A DNA stretch of 32,000 nucleotides from Dubosiella newyorkensis (GCF_001945605.1 NZ_MPKA01000053.1:6527-38526), one strand, 5' to 3'. Shown: positions 1 through 9,258, numbered from the stretch's first letter. Numbers and translations: made by a program. The notes: generated by a model from the sequence alone, not told the origin.

Positions 1-1144
1 GATCGAATCGGGCTCCAACGATCCATTTGCCTATATGCTCGTTCTAATTTGCTTGACGCTTTCCAAGCAGCCATTCGAGATCGGTTCGATCCTTCTTCTT
101 TTGATCCAGCAAATTGGAGTTGGTTTTATAGTTGGTGTCGCGATCTATATCATTGCACGAACTTTTATCAAATTGTGGCATTTTGACATTGCTGGATTCA
201 ACGCGGTGTATGTGCTGGCTGTTGGCTTTTTGAGCTATTCGATCGCGATGCTTTTGGAAGGAAATGGTTTTTTAGCTTGCTATATTACAGGATTGATGCT
301 TGGAAATTCGAATTTGCGGGCCAAGAAAGAACTTGTTCACTTCTTTGATGGTTTGACGACGCTTATGCAAATGCTGATCTTCTTTCTGCTTGGACTTCTT
401 TCTTTTCCAAGTCAGCTTTGGATCAATTTGCCTTTGGCTGGTTTTGTCTTTTTGTTCTTAACGCTGCTCGCGCGTCCGATCAGCGTGTTTACGATCTTAT
501 CCTGTTTTAAAAACTATTCATTCGCGCAAAAGACATTGATCAGCTTTGCGGGGCTTAGGGGTGTGGCATCGATCGTCTTCGCGATCATGGCGACCCTTCA
601 TGAAACCGTATTTCATTATGATCTTTACCATATCGTGTTTGGTGTCGTTTTGTTTTCGATCGCGATCCAAGGAACGCTTCTTCCGTATGTCGCTAAGCTC
701 TTAAAAATGAGCGACCCGGAGCATACGATCTTACAAACATTTTCGGATTATAGCGAACAGACGGATTTAAGGTTCATCCAAGTACGACTCCATAAAGATT
801 CCCATTGGATCAATAGGACATTGGAAAGCTTCGCTTTGCCGCAAAACTTGATCATTGCGCTCGTCATCCGGAATGGCCGCTCTTTTATCCCCAATAAAGA
901 TACGCTGCTCGTTAAAAACGATATCTTGATTCTAGCAGGAGAAGCCTATGAGCCAAGCGAGAGTAGCTTGGAGGAAGAAACGATCGGAAAGCGGGATCCT
1001 CGGCTCAACAAGCGGCTCGAAGAGTTGTATGGACAAATTCCTTCGATTTTATGCATCAAGCGCAAGGATGATTTCTTCATTCCAACAAAAGATACGCTCT
1101 TATTAGAAAACGACACATTCGTCTACTACAAGGCAAAGAAATGA
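1..1144 (+). CDS. K+/H+ (CPA1, NhaP2/CvrA-like) antiporter, 5'-truncated by the window edge; C-terminal RCK_C/TrkA_C domain(s)
   Basis: The reading frame is open from nt 2 (IESGSNDPFAYML...), upstream of the ORF-track Met. It encodes multiple hydrophobic TM segments followed by a soluble tail with TrkA_C-like repeats (IPNKDTLLVKNDILILAGE; IPTKDTLLLENDTFVYY). Stop at 1142-1144. Confidence 0.8.
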   Translation, partial: IESGSNDPFAYMLVLICLTLSKQPFEIGSILLLLIQQIGVGFIVGVAIYIIARTFIKLWHFDIAGFNAVYVLAVGFLSYSIAMLLEGNGFLACYITGLMLGNSNLRAKKELVHFFDGLTTLMQMLIFFLLGLLSFPSQLWINLPLAGFVFLFLTLLARPISVFTILSCFKNYSFAQKTLISFAGLRGVASIVFAIMATLHETVFHYDLYHIVFGVVLFSIAIQGTLLPYVAKLLKMSDPEHTILQTFSDYSEQTDLRFIQVRLHKDSHWINRTLESFALPQNLIIALVIRNGRSFIPNKDTLLVKNDILILAGEAYEPSESSLEEETIGKRDPRLNKRLEELYGQIPSILCIKRKDDFFIPTKDTLLLENDTFVYYKAKK

Positions 1145-1189
1145 TACTTTCGAACGCCTTATGGTATGGTGGTGGAAGAGGTGATACTA

Positions 1190-1987
1190 ATGGAAAACCA
1201 AAAGAAAACAGTCATTATTACAGGTGGAGGCCAAGTCCTCTTAGACAATGGACGTCCTGGCGCGATCGGATACGGGATCGCCTGCGCTTTTGCGAAAGCC
1301 GGATGGAACATCGTGATCACAGGCCGAAACAAACAAAAGCTCTATGACGCCAAAGCAAGCCTAGAAAAAGAATACGATGCTTCGGTGTTGTGTGTTCCTG
1401 CGGATATCGAATATGGCCAAGACAACGAGAAAGTCGTTCAAACTGTGATCGATCAAACGATCGATCAATTCAAAGAGATCCATGGATTAGTGAATTGCGC
1501 GCAAGCTTCCGCTTCGGGCGTTCCTTTTGAACAGCAAACTTTAGAACAATTCAATTTAGCGATCTATTCTGGATTGTATGCGACCTTCTTTTATATGAAA
1601 GCTGCTTATCCTTACTTAAAGAAAACAAAAGGCTCGATCGTCAACTTTGGCTCTGGCGCCGCTTTATTTGGCAATGCGGGGCAATCGAGCTATGCGGCCG
1701 CCAAAGAAGGGATCCGCGGACTTTCGCGTGTCGCGGCGACCGAATGGGCGAAAGACGGAATCAATGTCAATATTATTTGTCCGCTCGCTTGGACCAAGCA
1801 GCTAGAACAATTTAAAACGAATTATCCAGAAGCGTATGAGAAAAATGTCCATATGCCTCCTTGCGGTTATTATGGCGATCCAATGAACGATATTGGGGAA
1901 GCGTGTGTGACTTTAATGTCGGATTCTCTCAAATACATGACAGGAGAAACGATCACTTTGGAAGGCGGTCTTGGTCAACGACCATAA
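1190..1987 (+). CDS. SDR-family oxidoreductase (short-chain dehydrogenase/reductase)
   Basis: Gly-rich dinucleotide-binding N-terminus (VIITGGG...GAIGYGIA) and catalytic YxxxK (YAAAKEG). I chose the ATG at 1190 because GAGGTGA lies 5-7 nt upstream; the ORF-track start at 1166 has no SD. Confidence 0.85.
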   Translation: MENQKKTVIITGGGQVLLDNGRPGAIGYGIACAFAKAGWNIVITGRNKQKLYDAKASLEKEYDASVLCVPADIEYGQDNEKVVQTVIDQTIDQFKEIHGLVNCAQASASGVPFEQQTLEQFNLAIYSGLYATFFYMKAAYPYLKKTKGSIVNFGSGAALFGNAGQSSYAAAKEGIRGLSRVAATEWAKDGINVNIICPLAWTKQLEQFKTNYPEAYEKNVHMPPCGYYGDPMNDIGEACVTLMSDSLKYMTGETITLEGGLGQRP

Positions 1988-2000
1988 ATTTGAAAAATCG

Positions 2001-2046
2001 AAAAAGAAGAGGATCCTACATTCAGGCGATCCTCTTCTTTTTATCT
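2001..2046. terminator. Bidirectional rho-independent terminator between the convergent SDR and sbcC genes
   Basis: Perfect 12-bp stem AAGAAGAGGATC (2004-2015) / GATCCTCTTCTT (2028-2039) with a 12-nt loop. It is flanked by an A-run upstream and a T-run downstream. Confidence 0.6.
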
Positions 2047-2064
2047 TTTTTATTATAGTGATTT

Positions 2065-4695
2065 CTAATCCACGATCTGGATCGAAGAGCCTTGTTCTCC
2101 ATTTTTTTGGACCCGGATCTGCTGGTCGATCCGCTCTTTAAAAGCGTTTGTGTGTGAAATCACTCCAACAAGTCGATGATCCGAAAGATCGATCAGCAAG
2201 TCGATCGCTTGATTCAGCTTTTCTTCATCCAGAGTGCCGAAGCCTTCATCGATAAACATCGTCTCGATCGAAATACCTCCGCTTTGTTCTTGAACCATAT
2301 CCGATAAACCAAGCGCCAGCGATAAAGAAGCTTCAAACGATTCTCCACCCGAAAGCGTATTCACGCTCCGCTTCGTATCATTATAGTGATCGATGATCCC
2401 TAAATCTAGACCGCTTTGCGAACGTTTATTGATCGCAGGAAGCAGGATCAGCTCATATTGTCCATCGCTGATCGCCATGAGCCGAATATTGGCTTTATGC
2501 AAGATTTCCTGAAAATAAGCGCTCTGTACATACGTTTCCAACTGGATCTTATTTTTGTCTTTAAGCTTTCCGCTGAATGTATCCGCCAATGATTTAAAGA
2601 GTTGATACTCTTTTTCGATCGCCTGTTTTTGCTGGATCTGTTTTCTGATTTGTTCAAGGACATATCGCTCATTTTGTTCAAACCTCTCAAGCTGAAGGAT
2701 CTCTTGATCATATTTATTTTTAGCCTCTTGAAAACTTTGAAGCTCCTCTTCGTTTTTTTGAAGCGCCTTCTCCAGTTCGATCTCCGATTCTTCTTGTTCT
2801 TTTCCGATCGTTCCTTCGAGTTCTGCCTTTTTTTGACTGATCGTTTGATACTTTTTATCTTGTTCTTCCCGTTCTTTTCGATCATCCTCGATCATTTTGT
2901 TCAACGCTTTGAGCCGATGATCGATTTCATCTTTCGCTTTACATTCTCCAAGCTGCCGGATGGATGCTTGGACCGACGCGTTTTGACGGTCCCATTCAGC
3001 GACCTCCGCTTGAATTTGAGCAAACTTGCTTTCCAAATTGGTTTTTTGTTTTTGAAGCTGGACTTTTCGAATCTTCGCTTGTTCTTTTTTCGCGATTTCT
3101 CTTCGGATCTCGATGAGCTTTTGCACGATTTGTGCTTTTGGTTTGCACGCGGCATACTCCTCTAATTCTTCTTGAATATAGGATAACGAAGCATTGGAAT
3201 GCGCCAACGCTTCGCTCTGAGTCGATAGAACGCTCCTTTTTTGCTCGACATTCTCTTTTTGTCGATCAATATTTGCTTGATCGATCGAAACATCCACTAG
3301 ACGGGCTGGTAAAGGATGCGAAAGCGAACCACACACAGGACAAGGCTTGCCTTCCTCCAAATGGCTTGCCAAAAAACCAGCCTGTTGGTCAAAAAACGCC
3401 AATTCCAGCGACGAAAGCTGATCCATTTCGTTTTTCAAAGCGACCTTCGCTTTTTGATAGGCAAAACGGATCTGTTCTTGTTTTTTAGACTCGATCTCTT
3501 CTTCCTTGAGCAACGCTTCTTTTTTTTGGGCTTGCTGAAGATAGGAAAGCCAGATCTGTTCTTGCGCTTTTTCATCCCCATCTTCCAAAAGCTTGTCCAA
3601 AAGAGCCATTTCTTCTTCGATTTCATGTTTTCTTTGTTCTTGCTCTTTGAGCAAACGGGATCCGCTTTCAAGCTTCTTTTTGATCGTCTCCCAATCCTTT
3701 AAATACTTTTCTTTGGCATCCGCTTTCATCATTTCATCTTGGAGTTCTTTTTTCTGTTCAATCCAACCTTCGACCATTGCTTTGCTTTTGGCTAGACGCT
3801 CTCGATCAAGACACGCTTGTTTATAAAAAGGCATGAGTCTCTCGAGTTCTTGTTTAGCCGCTTCTTTGAGTGCCCGCTGCTTTTTCATTTGAAGCAAAAC
3901 TCCATTTTCTTGACTTTTTATTTGGATCCTCTGTTGGATCGTGTCTTGCGCTTGCTGATGCTGCATTTTTCGTTGATGCGCTTCTCCGATTCCCTTCTCC
4001 AACCGATGGAGCAATTCACTCTCTTCATATTCTTGATCTTTCGAAAGGATATTCGAAAGCTGACGCGTCTGATCGAATATTTGTTCGATCTTTCCATAAT
4101 CCGATTTGATTTGATTCGCTTTCAGATTGATCTTCTCTTGAAAGCGGGCATACGCCTCGGTGTGGAAAAGCTCTTGAAGGATCTTCGAGCGCTCTTCCGT
4201 CTTGGCTAAAAGCAGCTTCAAGAAATCATTTTGAGCGATCATGCCGATCTGCTTGAACTGAGCTCGATCCATTCCTAAAATCGACTCGATCTTCGCGTTG
4301 ACTTCCCCCGCCTTTACGAGCGGAAGTGTATGATCTTCAAAATACAGTTCCGTTTGCGCTTTTTGTTTCGTAAAGCCCTCCCCTCGCGCCTTAGGCCGTT
4401 CATATTCTGGCGAACGATAAACCGTATAAATTCGATCCTTTACGCAAAATCGAAGCACGACAAACGTTTTCGTGGTTGGCTTGGCGTATTGAGAACGGAT
4501 CATATTCGTTTCCTTTTGGTCCCCGCTCACGCTTCCAAAAAGGGCGTATACGATCGCATCAAAGATCGTCGTCTTGCCTGCTCCTGTCGTTCCGCTCACT
4601 AAATACAATCCATTTTTTCCAAATCGTTCAAAGTCGATCGACTCTTCGTTCGCATACGGTCCAAAGGCGCTCATTTTTAATTGCAGTGGTCTCAT
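2065..4695 (-). CDS. sbcC: SbcC / Rad50-type SMC-like exonuclease ATPase subunit
   Basis: N-terminal Walker A (LVSGTTGAGKTTIFDAI), very long K/E/Q-rich coiled coil with a central CxxC zinc hook (CPVCGS), and a C-terminal signature/Walker B region (LSGGESF...MFIDEGFGTLD). The start at 4695 forms an ATGA overlap with the sbcD stop; the alternative in-frame ATG is at 4710. Confidence 0.9.
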   Translation of the reverse strand: MRPLQLKMSAFGPYANEESIDFERFGKNGLYLVSGTTGAGKTTIFDAIVYALFGSVSGDQKETNMIRSQYAKPTTKTFVVLRFCVKDRIYTVYRSPEYERPKARGEGFTKQKAQTELYFEDHTLPLVKAGEVNAKIESILGMDRAQFKQIGMIAQNDFLKLLLAKTEERSKILQELFHTEAYARFQEKINLKANQIKSDYGKIEQIFDQTRQLSNILSKDQEYEESELLHRLEKGIGEAHQRKMQHQQAQDTIQQRIQIKSQENGVLLQMKKQRALKEAAKQELERLMPFYKQACLDRERLAKSKAMVEGWIEQKKELQDEMMKADAKEKYLKDWETIKKKLESGSRLLKEQEQRKHEIEEEMALLDKLLEDGDEKAQEQIWLSYLQQAQKKEALLKEEEIESKKQEQIRFAYQKAKVALKNEMDQLSSLELAFFDQQAGFLASHLEEGKPCPVCGSLSHPLPARLVDVSIDQANIDRQKENVEQKRSVLSTQSEALAHSNASLSYIQEELEEYAACKPKAQIVQKLIEIRREIAKKEQAKIRKVQLQKQKTNLESKFAQIQAEVAEWDRQNASVQASIRQLGECKAKDEIDHRLKALNKMIEDDRKEREEQDKKYQTISQKKAELEGTIGKEQEESEIELEKALQKNEEELQSFQEAKNKYDQEILQLERFEQNERYVLEQIRKQIQQKQAIEKEYQLFKSLADTFSGKLKDKNKIQLETYVQSAYFQEILHKANIRLMAISDGQYELILLPAINKRSQSGLDLGIIDHYNDTKRSVNTLSGGESFEASLSLALGLSDMVQEQSGGISIETMFIDEGFGTLDEEKLNQAIDLLIDLSDHRLVGVISHTNAFKERIDQQIRVQKNGEQGSSIQIVD

Positions 4696-5801
4696 ATCGT
4701 TTCTTCCCAAAGATCCTTGATGATCTTTTTTTGTTCCTCGCTGATCGCGTTTCCATTTTGTTCTTGATAAAAAGAAGCGATCAAAGCGAGAGGATCGATC
4801 GCTTCCATTTCTTGCACCGATCGCGTTTCCAGCTTTCCTTGTCGGCGATTTTTGTAGGTGATCTTTAAGATCTTTGGATAAATTGTCTCCAACTTTTTGC
4901 GGACATAAGGAATATCGTGTTCATCCAACAAAACGATCGAATAGTAATCTTCTTTATTGAGATCTTGGTAGAATGTTTTAGAACTCAATGTCATATAATC
5001 GCCTTCGATCTCTACAAAATCGTGAAGGGCAGGCACTTCGATCTCATGCACTTCGATTTTTTTATCACAAATATCGAGAAGGAGCGCTCTTTTCTTTTGA
5101 TGGATCTCATCGACCGAATACTTTAAAAGCGTCCCCGCATAACGGATCTTTTCCGTTACGCTTTGTGGAGAATGCAAGTGACCAAGAGCGACATAATCGA
5201 AAGGCTCGAACACCGAAGCTTGGATCCCATCGCTACCGCCCACGCTCTTTTGTTCGGAATCACAGCGCTGCGAGCCTTCGACAAATTGATGGGCCATTAA
5301 AATATTGAACGCTTCCGGATCCAGATCGATCGTCCCCAACGCGTAACACACCGCTTCTTCATCGCTGCTACATGCTGGATCTAGTTTTCGAACATAGGCT
5401 TTTTTTAAAAAGGGAAGCATATAAATATGGATCTTCTGTCCATTTTTTTCTAATTGTAATCGATCCACATGACCATCGAATCGCGCAGCAATATGGATCT
5501 TATGTTTTTGAAAAAGCCAATCTCCATATTTGAGCCGATTGGCGGAATCATGATTACCGGCAATGATACACGTTTCGATACCACGCTCGCTCAACTTCGC
5601 AAGAAAGCGGTCGAACAGCTGCATCGCCCATTCGCTAGGCATGCTGCGATCATAAATATCACCTGCGATCAGCAGTCCATCGACCTTTTGGGAGTCGATC
5701 AAATCGAGCACGCGATCGAGCATCGCCTCCTGTTCTTCCTGCATCGAATATCCGTGGACCTGTTTTCCTAAATGGAGATCTGAAAGATGTAATAGTCGCA
5801 T
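4692..5801 (-). CDS. sbcD: SbcD / Mre11-type nuclease subunit (calcineurin-like metallophosphoesterase)
   Basis: Carries MRLLHLSDLHLGK, GDIYD, GNHD and GHLH phosphoesterase motifs. It sits immediately upstream of sbcC and is translationally coupled to it. Confidence 0.9.
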   Translation of the reverse strand: MRLLHLSDLHLGKQVHGYSMQEEQEAMLDRVLDLIDSQKVDGLLIAGDIYDRSMPSEWAMQLFDRFLAKLSERGIETCIIAGNHDSANRLKYGDWLFQKHKIHIAARFDGHVDRLQLEKNGQKIHIYMLPFLKKAYVRKLDPACSSDEEAVCYALGTIDLDPEAFNILMAHQFVEGSQRCDSEQKSVGGSDGIQASVFEPFDYVALGHLHSPQSVTEKIRYAGTLLKYSVDEIHQKKRALLLDICDKKIEVHEIEVPALHDFVEIEGDYMTLSSKTFYQDLNKEDYYSIVLLDEHDIPYVRKKLETIYPKILKITYKNRRQGKLETRSVQEMEAIDPLALIASFYQEQNGNAISEEQKKIIKDLWEETI

Positions 5802-5850
5802 AAAGAGCCCCCTAACATACAGTTATAATACCACTTAACCCTAAAAAAGC

Positions 5851-5877
5851 ACAGAAAAAGGGCGATCTTATCGCCCT
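5851..5877 (-). terminator. Rho-independent terminator at the end of the CPBP gene, separating it from sbcDC
   Basis: Minus strand reads AGGGCGAT-aag-ATCGCCCT followed by TTTTTCTG. The hairpin overlaps the CPBP stop codon at 5868-5870. Confidence 0.55.
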
Positions 5878-6791
5878 AACCACATCCATAAGGAACTAAG
5901 AATAAATACGAATCCAAAAACAAGGATCCAAACGTTTTTGAAAGCCAATTGATAGACTTCTTTAGGAGAAGACCATCGCCTTCTTTCTAGCGTAAATTCC
6001 TTTCGTTTAAGGATCAAATAAACGATTCCATAGAGGCACGCTAGCAAAATAACAAAAGGAGCGATCCACATGAACCACGTGCTCATCGTCAAAAAAGAAA
6101 TTGCGTTATTGAGCATATGAATCAAGATCACTAGCGTTAGCGAACGCGTCTTGACATAAAAGTAGCCGAGAACGCAGCCCATAAAGAAGGCAGGCAGTCC
6201 TTGGGCGAAATTCAAATGCATCATTCCAAAGCAAAGCGCGCTGAATACGATCGAAAACGTCTTTCCATACGCTTCAAAGCTCTTTAACAAAACGCCCCGG
6301 AAAAACAATTCTTCTATGGCTGGTCCTATAAGAACGATAGCCACAAATAAAATAAGATCTGAAAACAAGCTCCTCGAAACCCCAAAATCCGGCTGTTGGA
6401 TCGGAGCGTTCAACCATTGATTGACCAAAGAAAAAATCAAAGAAAACGCAAATGAAGCAAGCGATAGGAGCGCGTATCCATTCCATACATCGCTCGCTTT
6501 GAATGGACGCTTAAGATCCTCTTTCCAAAAAAGCGGGTAGCGGCTTTTAAAAAACAAGATCGCGCAAAGGCCTGAAAGAATTGAAGAAAGCAAAAGGATC
6601 ACGGCACTCAAAACAGGTTCGATAGAAAGCTGAAGATGCATCGGGAGCCAGGCGAGCAAAAATCCAAGACCCAATGAACCAATCAAAGAGGCGCACAGCT
6701 GAACGAGCAAATAGATCCATAACGATTGCCCGGCTCGATCGATCTTTGAGCACAAACTTGTATAAGCAGTAAAAACAGGTGGCTTATTCAT
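5868..6791 (-). CDS. CPBP-family intramembrane glutamic endopeptidase (CAAX protease / Abi family)
   Basis: Polytopic membrane protein with the EELFFRG motif and downstream FxxxH / HMLNN motifs. The start at 6791 forms an ATGA overlap with the stop of the upstream UDG-family gene. Confidence 0.8.
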   Translation of the reverse strand: MNKPPVFTAYTSLCSKIDRAGQSLWIYLLVQLCASLIGSLGLGFLLAWLPMHLQLSIEPVLSAVILLLSSILSGLCAILFFKSRYPLFWKEDLKRPFKASDVWNGYALLSLASFAFSLIFSLVNQWLNAPIQQPDFGVSRSLFSDLILFVAIVLIGPAIEELFFRGVLLKSFEAYGKTFSIVFSALCFGMMHLNFAQGLPAFFMGCVLGYFYVKTRSLTLVILIHMLNNAISFLTMSTWFMWIAPFVILLACLYGIVYLILKRKEFTLERRRWSSPKEVYQLAFKNVWILVFGFVFILSSLWMWLGR

Positions 6792-7390
6792 GAGGCATTC
6801 TCCTTCTTTGTGTCCCCCAAGCACGCTTGGATCTTTTCTCGCAAAACAGGAACCACGTTTTCTTCAAACCATGGATTCTTTTTTCTCCACCCCTGGTTAA
6901 GAGGACTAGGATGGACGATTGGGAAATACTTTGGCAAATAGCAAGCGTAATTCTTGACCGTTTCCGTAAGAGTTGGATACGCTTCTTCTTTTAAATACGC
7001 ATCGATCGCGTACTTTCCGACTAAAACGATCAGTTCAATATTGGGCATTTGCTCAAGAAGAGCCGTATGATATTGTTTCATAAACGCTCTTGGTGGCAGA
7101 TCTCCTGATTTCGCTTTACCTGGATAGTAAAAATCCATCGGCATGATCGCGATCTTGTCAGAATAAAACGTGTTATCATCCAATCCCATCCATTCTCTTA
7201 GTTTCTTTCCTGAAAGATCGTTGAATGGGATCCCTGTCTCTTCGACTTTTTTTCCTGGCGCTTGTGAAATGATCAAGATCTTAGCTTGCTTAGAAAGCTG
7301 AACGATCGGCTTGATCCCTCTTTGCGTATATTCTGCGTTTCGAGGATCTTGTTCGACCTCGTTGAACACTTGCTCAAACTCTTTTTTCAT
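6788..7390 (-). CDS. Uracil-DNA glycosylase superfamily protein (non-family-1)
   Basis: Motif A-like IISQAPG and motif B-like HPSPLN in a 200-aa protein. Its start forms an ATGA overlap with the stop of the upstream GNAT gene. Confidence 0.75.
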   Translation of the reverse strand: MKKEFEQVFNEVEQDPRNAEYTQRGIKPIVQLSKQAKILIISQAPGKKVEETGIPFNDLSGKKLREWMGLDDNTFYSDKIAIMPMDFYYPGKAKSGDLPPRAFMKQYHTALLEQMPNIELIVLVGKYAIDAYLKEEAYPTLTETVKNYACYLPKYFPIVHPSPLNQGWRKKNPWFEENVVPVLREKIQACLGDTKKENAS

Positions 7391-7836
7391 AAAAGGTTCC
7401 TTTCATAAACAGTTTCTATCGTGCTTGGATCCCAAGGAGCGCGAAAAGAATCGATCGGATGGAATCCATATTTTTCATATAGACCGACATGATCGCTCGT
7501 TAAATAGATCCGCTCAAATCCGAGATCGGCGGCGTATTTTTCCGCGGAATCGATCAAGCGCTTCCCATAACGATTTCCTCGTTTCCGCTCGTCAATAAAC
7601 AAATAGCGGACATAGGGAGAATATTTTAAAGAGGGGAGGCAGTCTTTTTTAGCGAAATATAAAAACCCATAAAGGTATCCCTCTTCATAAGCGACGAAAA
7701 CACGTTCCCATCCTTTGATTTCATGATGCTTCATTTTTTCTCCAAGATGTCTGCCCGCCTTCCATGGGCAGTCAAGCGCGTATTCCATCGCGTCTTCCCA
7801 TAAAATATCCCCTTCCATCAATATTTTGACTTCCAT
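7387..7836 (-). CDS. GNAT-family N-acetyltransferase
   Basis: Acetyl-CoA binding pattern (RKRGNRYGKRLI) and typical length. The ATG at 7836 is preceded by GAGGTG; the longer ORF-track start at 7863 would overlap the upstream gene by 23 nt. Confidence 0.75.
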   Translation of the reverse strand: MEVKILMEGDILWEDAMEYALDCPWKAGRHLGEKMKHHEIKGWERVFVAYEEGYLYGFLYFAKKDCLPSLKYSPYVRYLFIDERKRGNRYGKRLIDSAEKYAADLGFERIYLTSDHVGLYEKYGFHPIDSFRAPWDPSTIETVYERNLL

Positions 7837-7840
7837 ATTT

Positions 7841-8821
7841 TCACCTCGTATCCAATTTTCCAAATTCCCCTTCGTTAAATCCTGGACGATTAACTTGGTT
7901 TTTAAAAGGCTTGTGTTCCACGAGATTTTTCAAGTTGGTTTCCACGAGCTTAGCGAAGAGATCTTTTGTATAGCGAGAAGCGTATCCTCCCGAAATATGA
8001 GGGGTGATGTATACAGATTTTTCGTTCCATAAGCTAGAATGAGGAGGTAGCGGCTCTTCCTCAAAAACATCCAGAACCATCGCCCGGATCTTTTGCTTGC
8101 GCATCACTTCCTCTAATAAACTCGTTTTTACAAATTTTCCACGTCCAACATTGACAAAGATCGCATGGCTTGGCATGAGATCAAACATTTCCGCTTGAAA
8201 AAAATCGTCAGTATCGGTATTGCTCGGCAAACAATTGATCACAAGATCGGCTTCTGGCAAATATGTTCGAATATTGACTAGCTGATCAATCCGATCAAAC
8301 CCTTCTTTTTCCACTTTCTTTTTTCTAAGACCAATCGTCCTGCAGCCAAAGGCTTTTAAGCGGCTGGCCAATGTAGAGCCTACATCCCCGACACCTAATA
8401 TGAGCGCGTTTTTATAGCGCAAGGTTTCTATAGGAATGCGTGTCGTGTTCCACTGGTTTTGGGCTTGAAAGCTCTTATATTGGTCCGCTTCCCGATATAT
8501 CGATAAGATCGCTTGGATCACATATTCTGCGATCGTGAATCCAAATGTTCCTGATGAATTGCATAAAACGGCTTTATGGATCCAACGATTCCAGCCTTCA
8601 TAACCGGCACTCGGTAATTGAACAAGTTCCAATGATTCGATCGAATCGATTTGTTCTCGCAAAGATTCAGGAATGATCCCAATGATCGCGCTGGCCTTTG
8701 AAAAATAGGGCATCACATCCTCCTCGGTATCAAAATGCAATTCCAATGTATCCGAGACTTCTCGGAGTTTTTGTTTTTGGGATTCGTTGAAGGTCGTAAA
8801 ACAAACCACATGTTTCTTCAC
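7841..8821 (-). CDS. D-isomer-specific 2-hydroxyacid dehydrogenase family, NAD-binding
   Basis: GxGxxG (GVGDVGSTLASRL), a conserved RGK-type catalytic region (VNVGRG) and a C-terminal TPHISG motif. GTG start preceded by AGAAAGAAGG 8 nt upstream. Confidence 0.85.
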   Translation of the reverse strand: MKKHVVCFTTFNESQKQKLREVSDTLELHFDTEEDVMPYFSKASAIIGIIPESLREQIDSIESLELVQLPSAGYEGWNRWIHKAVLCNSSGTFGFTIAEYVIQAILSIYREADQYKSFQAQNQWNTTRIPIETLRYKNALILGVGDVGSTLASRLKAFGCRTIGLRKKKVEKEGFDRIDQLVNIRTYLPEADLVINCLPSNTDTDDFFQAEMFDLMPSHAIFVNVGRGKFVKTSLLEEVMRKQKIRAMVLDVFEEEPLPPHSSLWNEKSVYITPHISGGYASRYTKDLFAKLVETNLKNLVEHKPFKNQVNRPGFNEGEFGKLDTR

Positions 8822-8932
8822 AATGAATTCCTTCTTTCTATTCTTCCATTGTATCGCTTTTTTGTATTTTGTTTTGGTAAAGATTACAGAAGTGTTAGGA
8901 ATTTCTTAATAAATACCCTTTATACTGAGGAT

Positions 8933-9232
8933 ATGACAGATTCAAATTGGACTCTTTTACCTTTTGACTTTCGGTATGATCTAAAAAACCATCACTTATA
9001 TCAGCTTGATCAGCGGATCTTTCTTACCCCTACAGAACAGAGGCTGTTCGATATGCTTATAAAAAATCGTGGCCGCATCGTTCGTCGAGAAGAGCTGACT
9101 CTCCATTTATGGAATACAGAACAATTTATCGGAGAAGGCACTTTGACAACATCGATGTCTCGGCTGCGTAAGAAGATCGGAAATCCCCATTTAATCAAAA
9201 CGATAAAAGGGATCGGCTATTGGATCCCATGA
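8933..9232 (+). CDS. Stand-alone OmpR/PhoB-type winged-helix DNA-binding domain protein (Trans_reg_C only, no receiver domain), about 99 aa
   Basis: LTPTEQRLFDMLIKNRGRIVRREEL...LRKKIG...IKTIKGIGYWI is the classic OmpR C-terminal effector pattern. The only sensible start is the ATG at 8933. The upstream part of the ORF-track frame overlaps the dehydrogenase start region and looks non-coding. Confidence 0.65.
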   Translation: MTDSNWTLLPFDFRYDLKNHHLYQLDQRIFLTPTEQRLFDMLIKNRGRIVRREELTLHLWNTEQFIGEGTLTTSMSRLRKKIGNPHLIKTIKGIGYWIP

Positions 9233-9233
9233 A

Positions 9234-9258
9234 AAAGGTCCGGAAATTCCGGACCTTT
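9234..9258. terminator. Bidirectional terminator between the winged-helix gene and small paralog B
   Basis: AAAGGTCCGGA-aat-TCCGGACCTTT, an 11-bp perfect stem with A/T flanks in both orientations. Confidence 0.6.

Noticed and set aside
1141-1347. 68-aa ORF starting at the antiporter stop and overlapping the SDR gene in another frame.
   Set aside because: The overlapping SDR frame has clear family motifs and a proper SD. This ORF's product is R/W-rich and featureless.
2448-4209. Many 75-190-aa ORFs on both strands inside sbcC (for example 2448-2885, 2602-3165, 3316-3702, 3817-4209).
   Set aside because: They are shadow frames of the K/E/Q-rich coiled-coil coding sequence. Their products are low-complexity (K/R/S-rich or F/L-rich), they have no SD, and they are fully nested in a confidently identified gene.
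2065-5801. SbcCD pair as a possible defence-type SMC/nuclease system (Lamassu- or Gabija-like).
   Set aside because: The architecture is that of housekeeping SbcCD: an Mre11-type phosphoesterase plus a Rad50-like ATPase with a CxxC hook, translationally coupled. There are no accessory genes, and the host-typical GATC-rich composition argues against a mobile island.
5868-6791. CPBP/Abi protease as a bacteriocin immunity gene.
   Set aside because: No bacteriocin precursor, double-glycine leader peptide, ABC exporter or modification gene is present in the operon or its flanks.
8735-8932. N-terminal 66 codons of the ORF-track frame 8735-9232.
   Set aside because: This part overlaps the dehydrogenase start and the divergent promoter region and shows no domain signal. 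The recognisable winged-helix domain begins just after the ATG at 8933.
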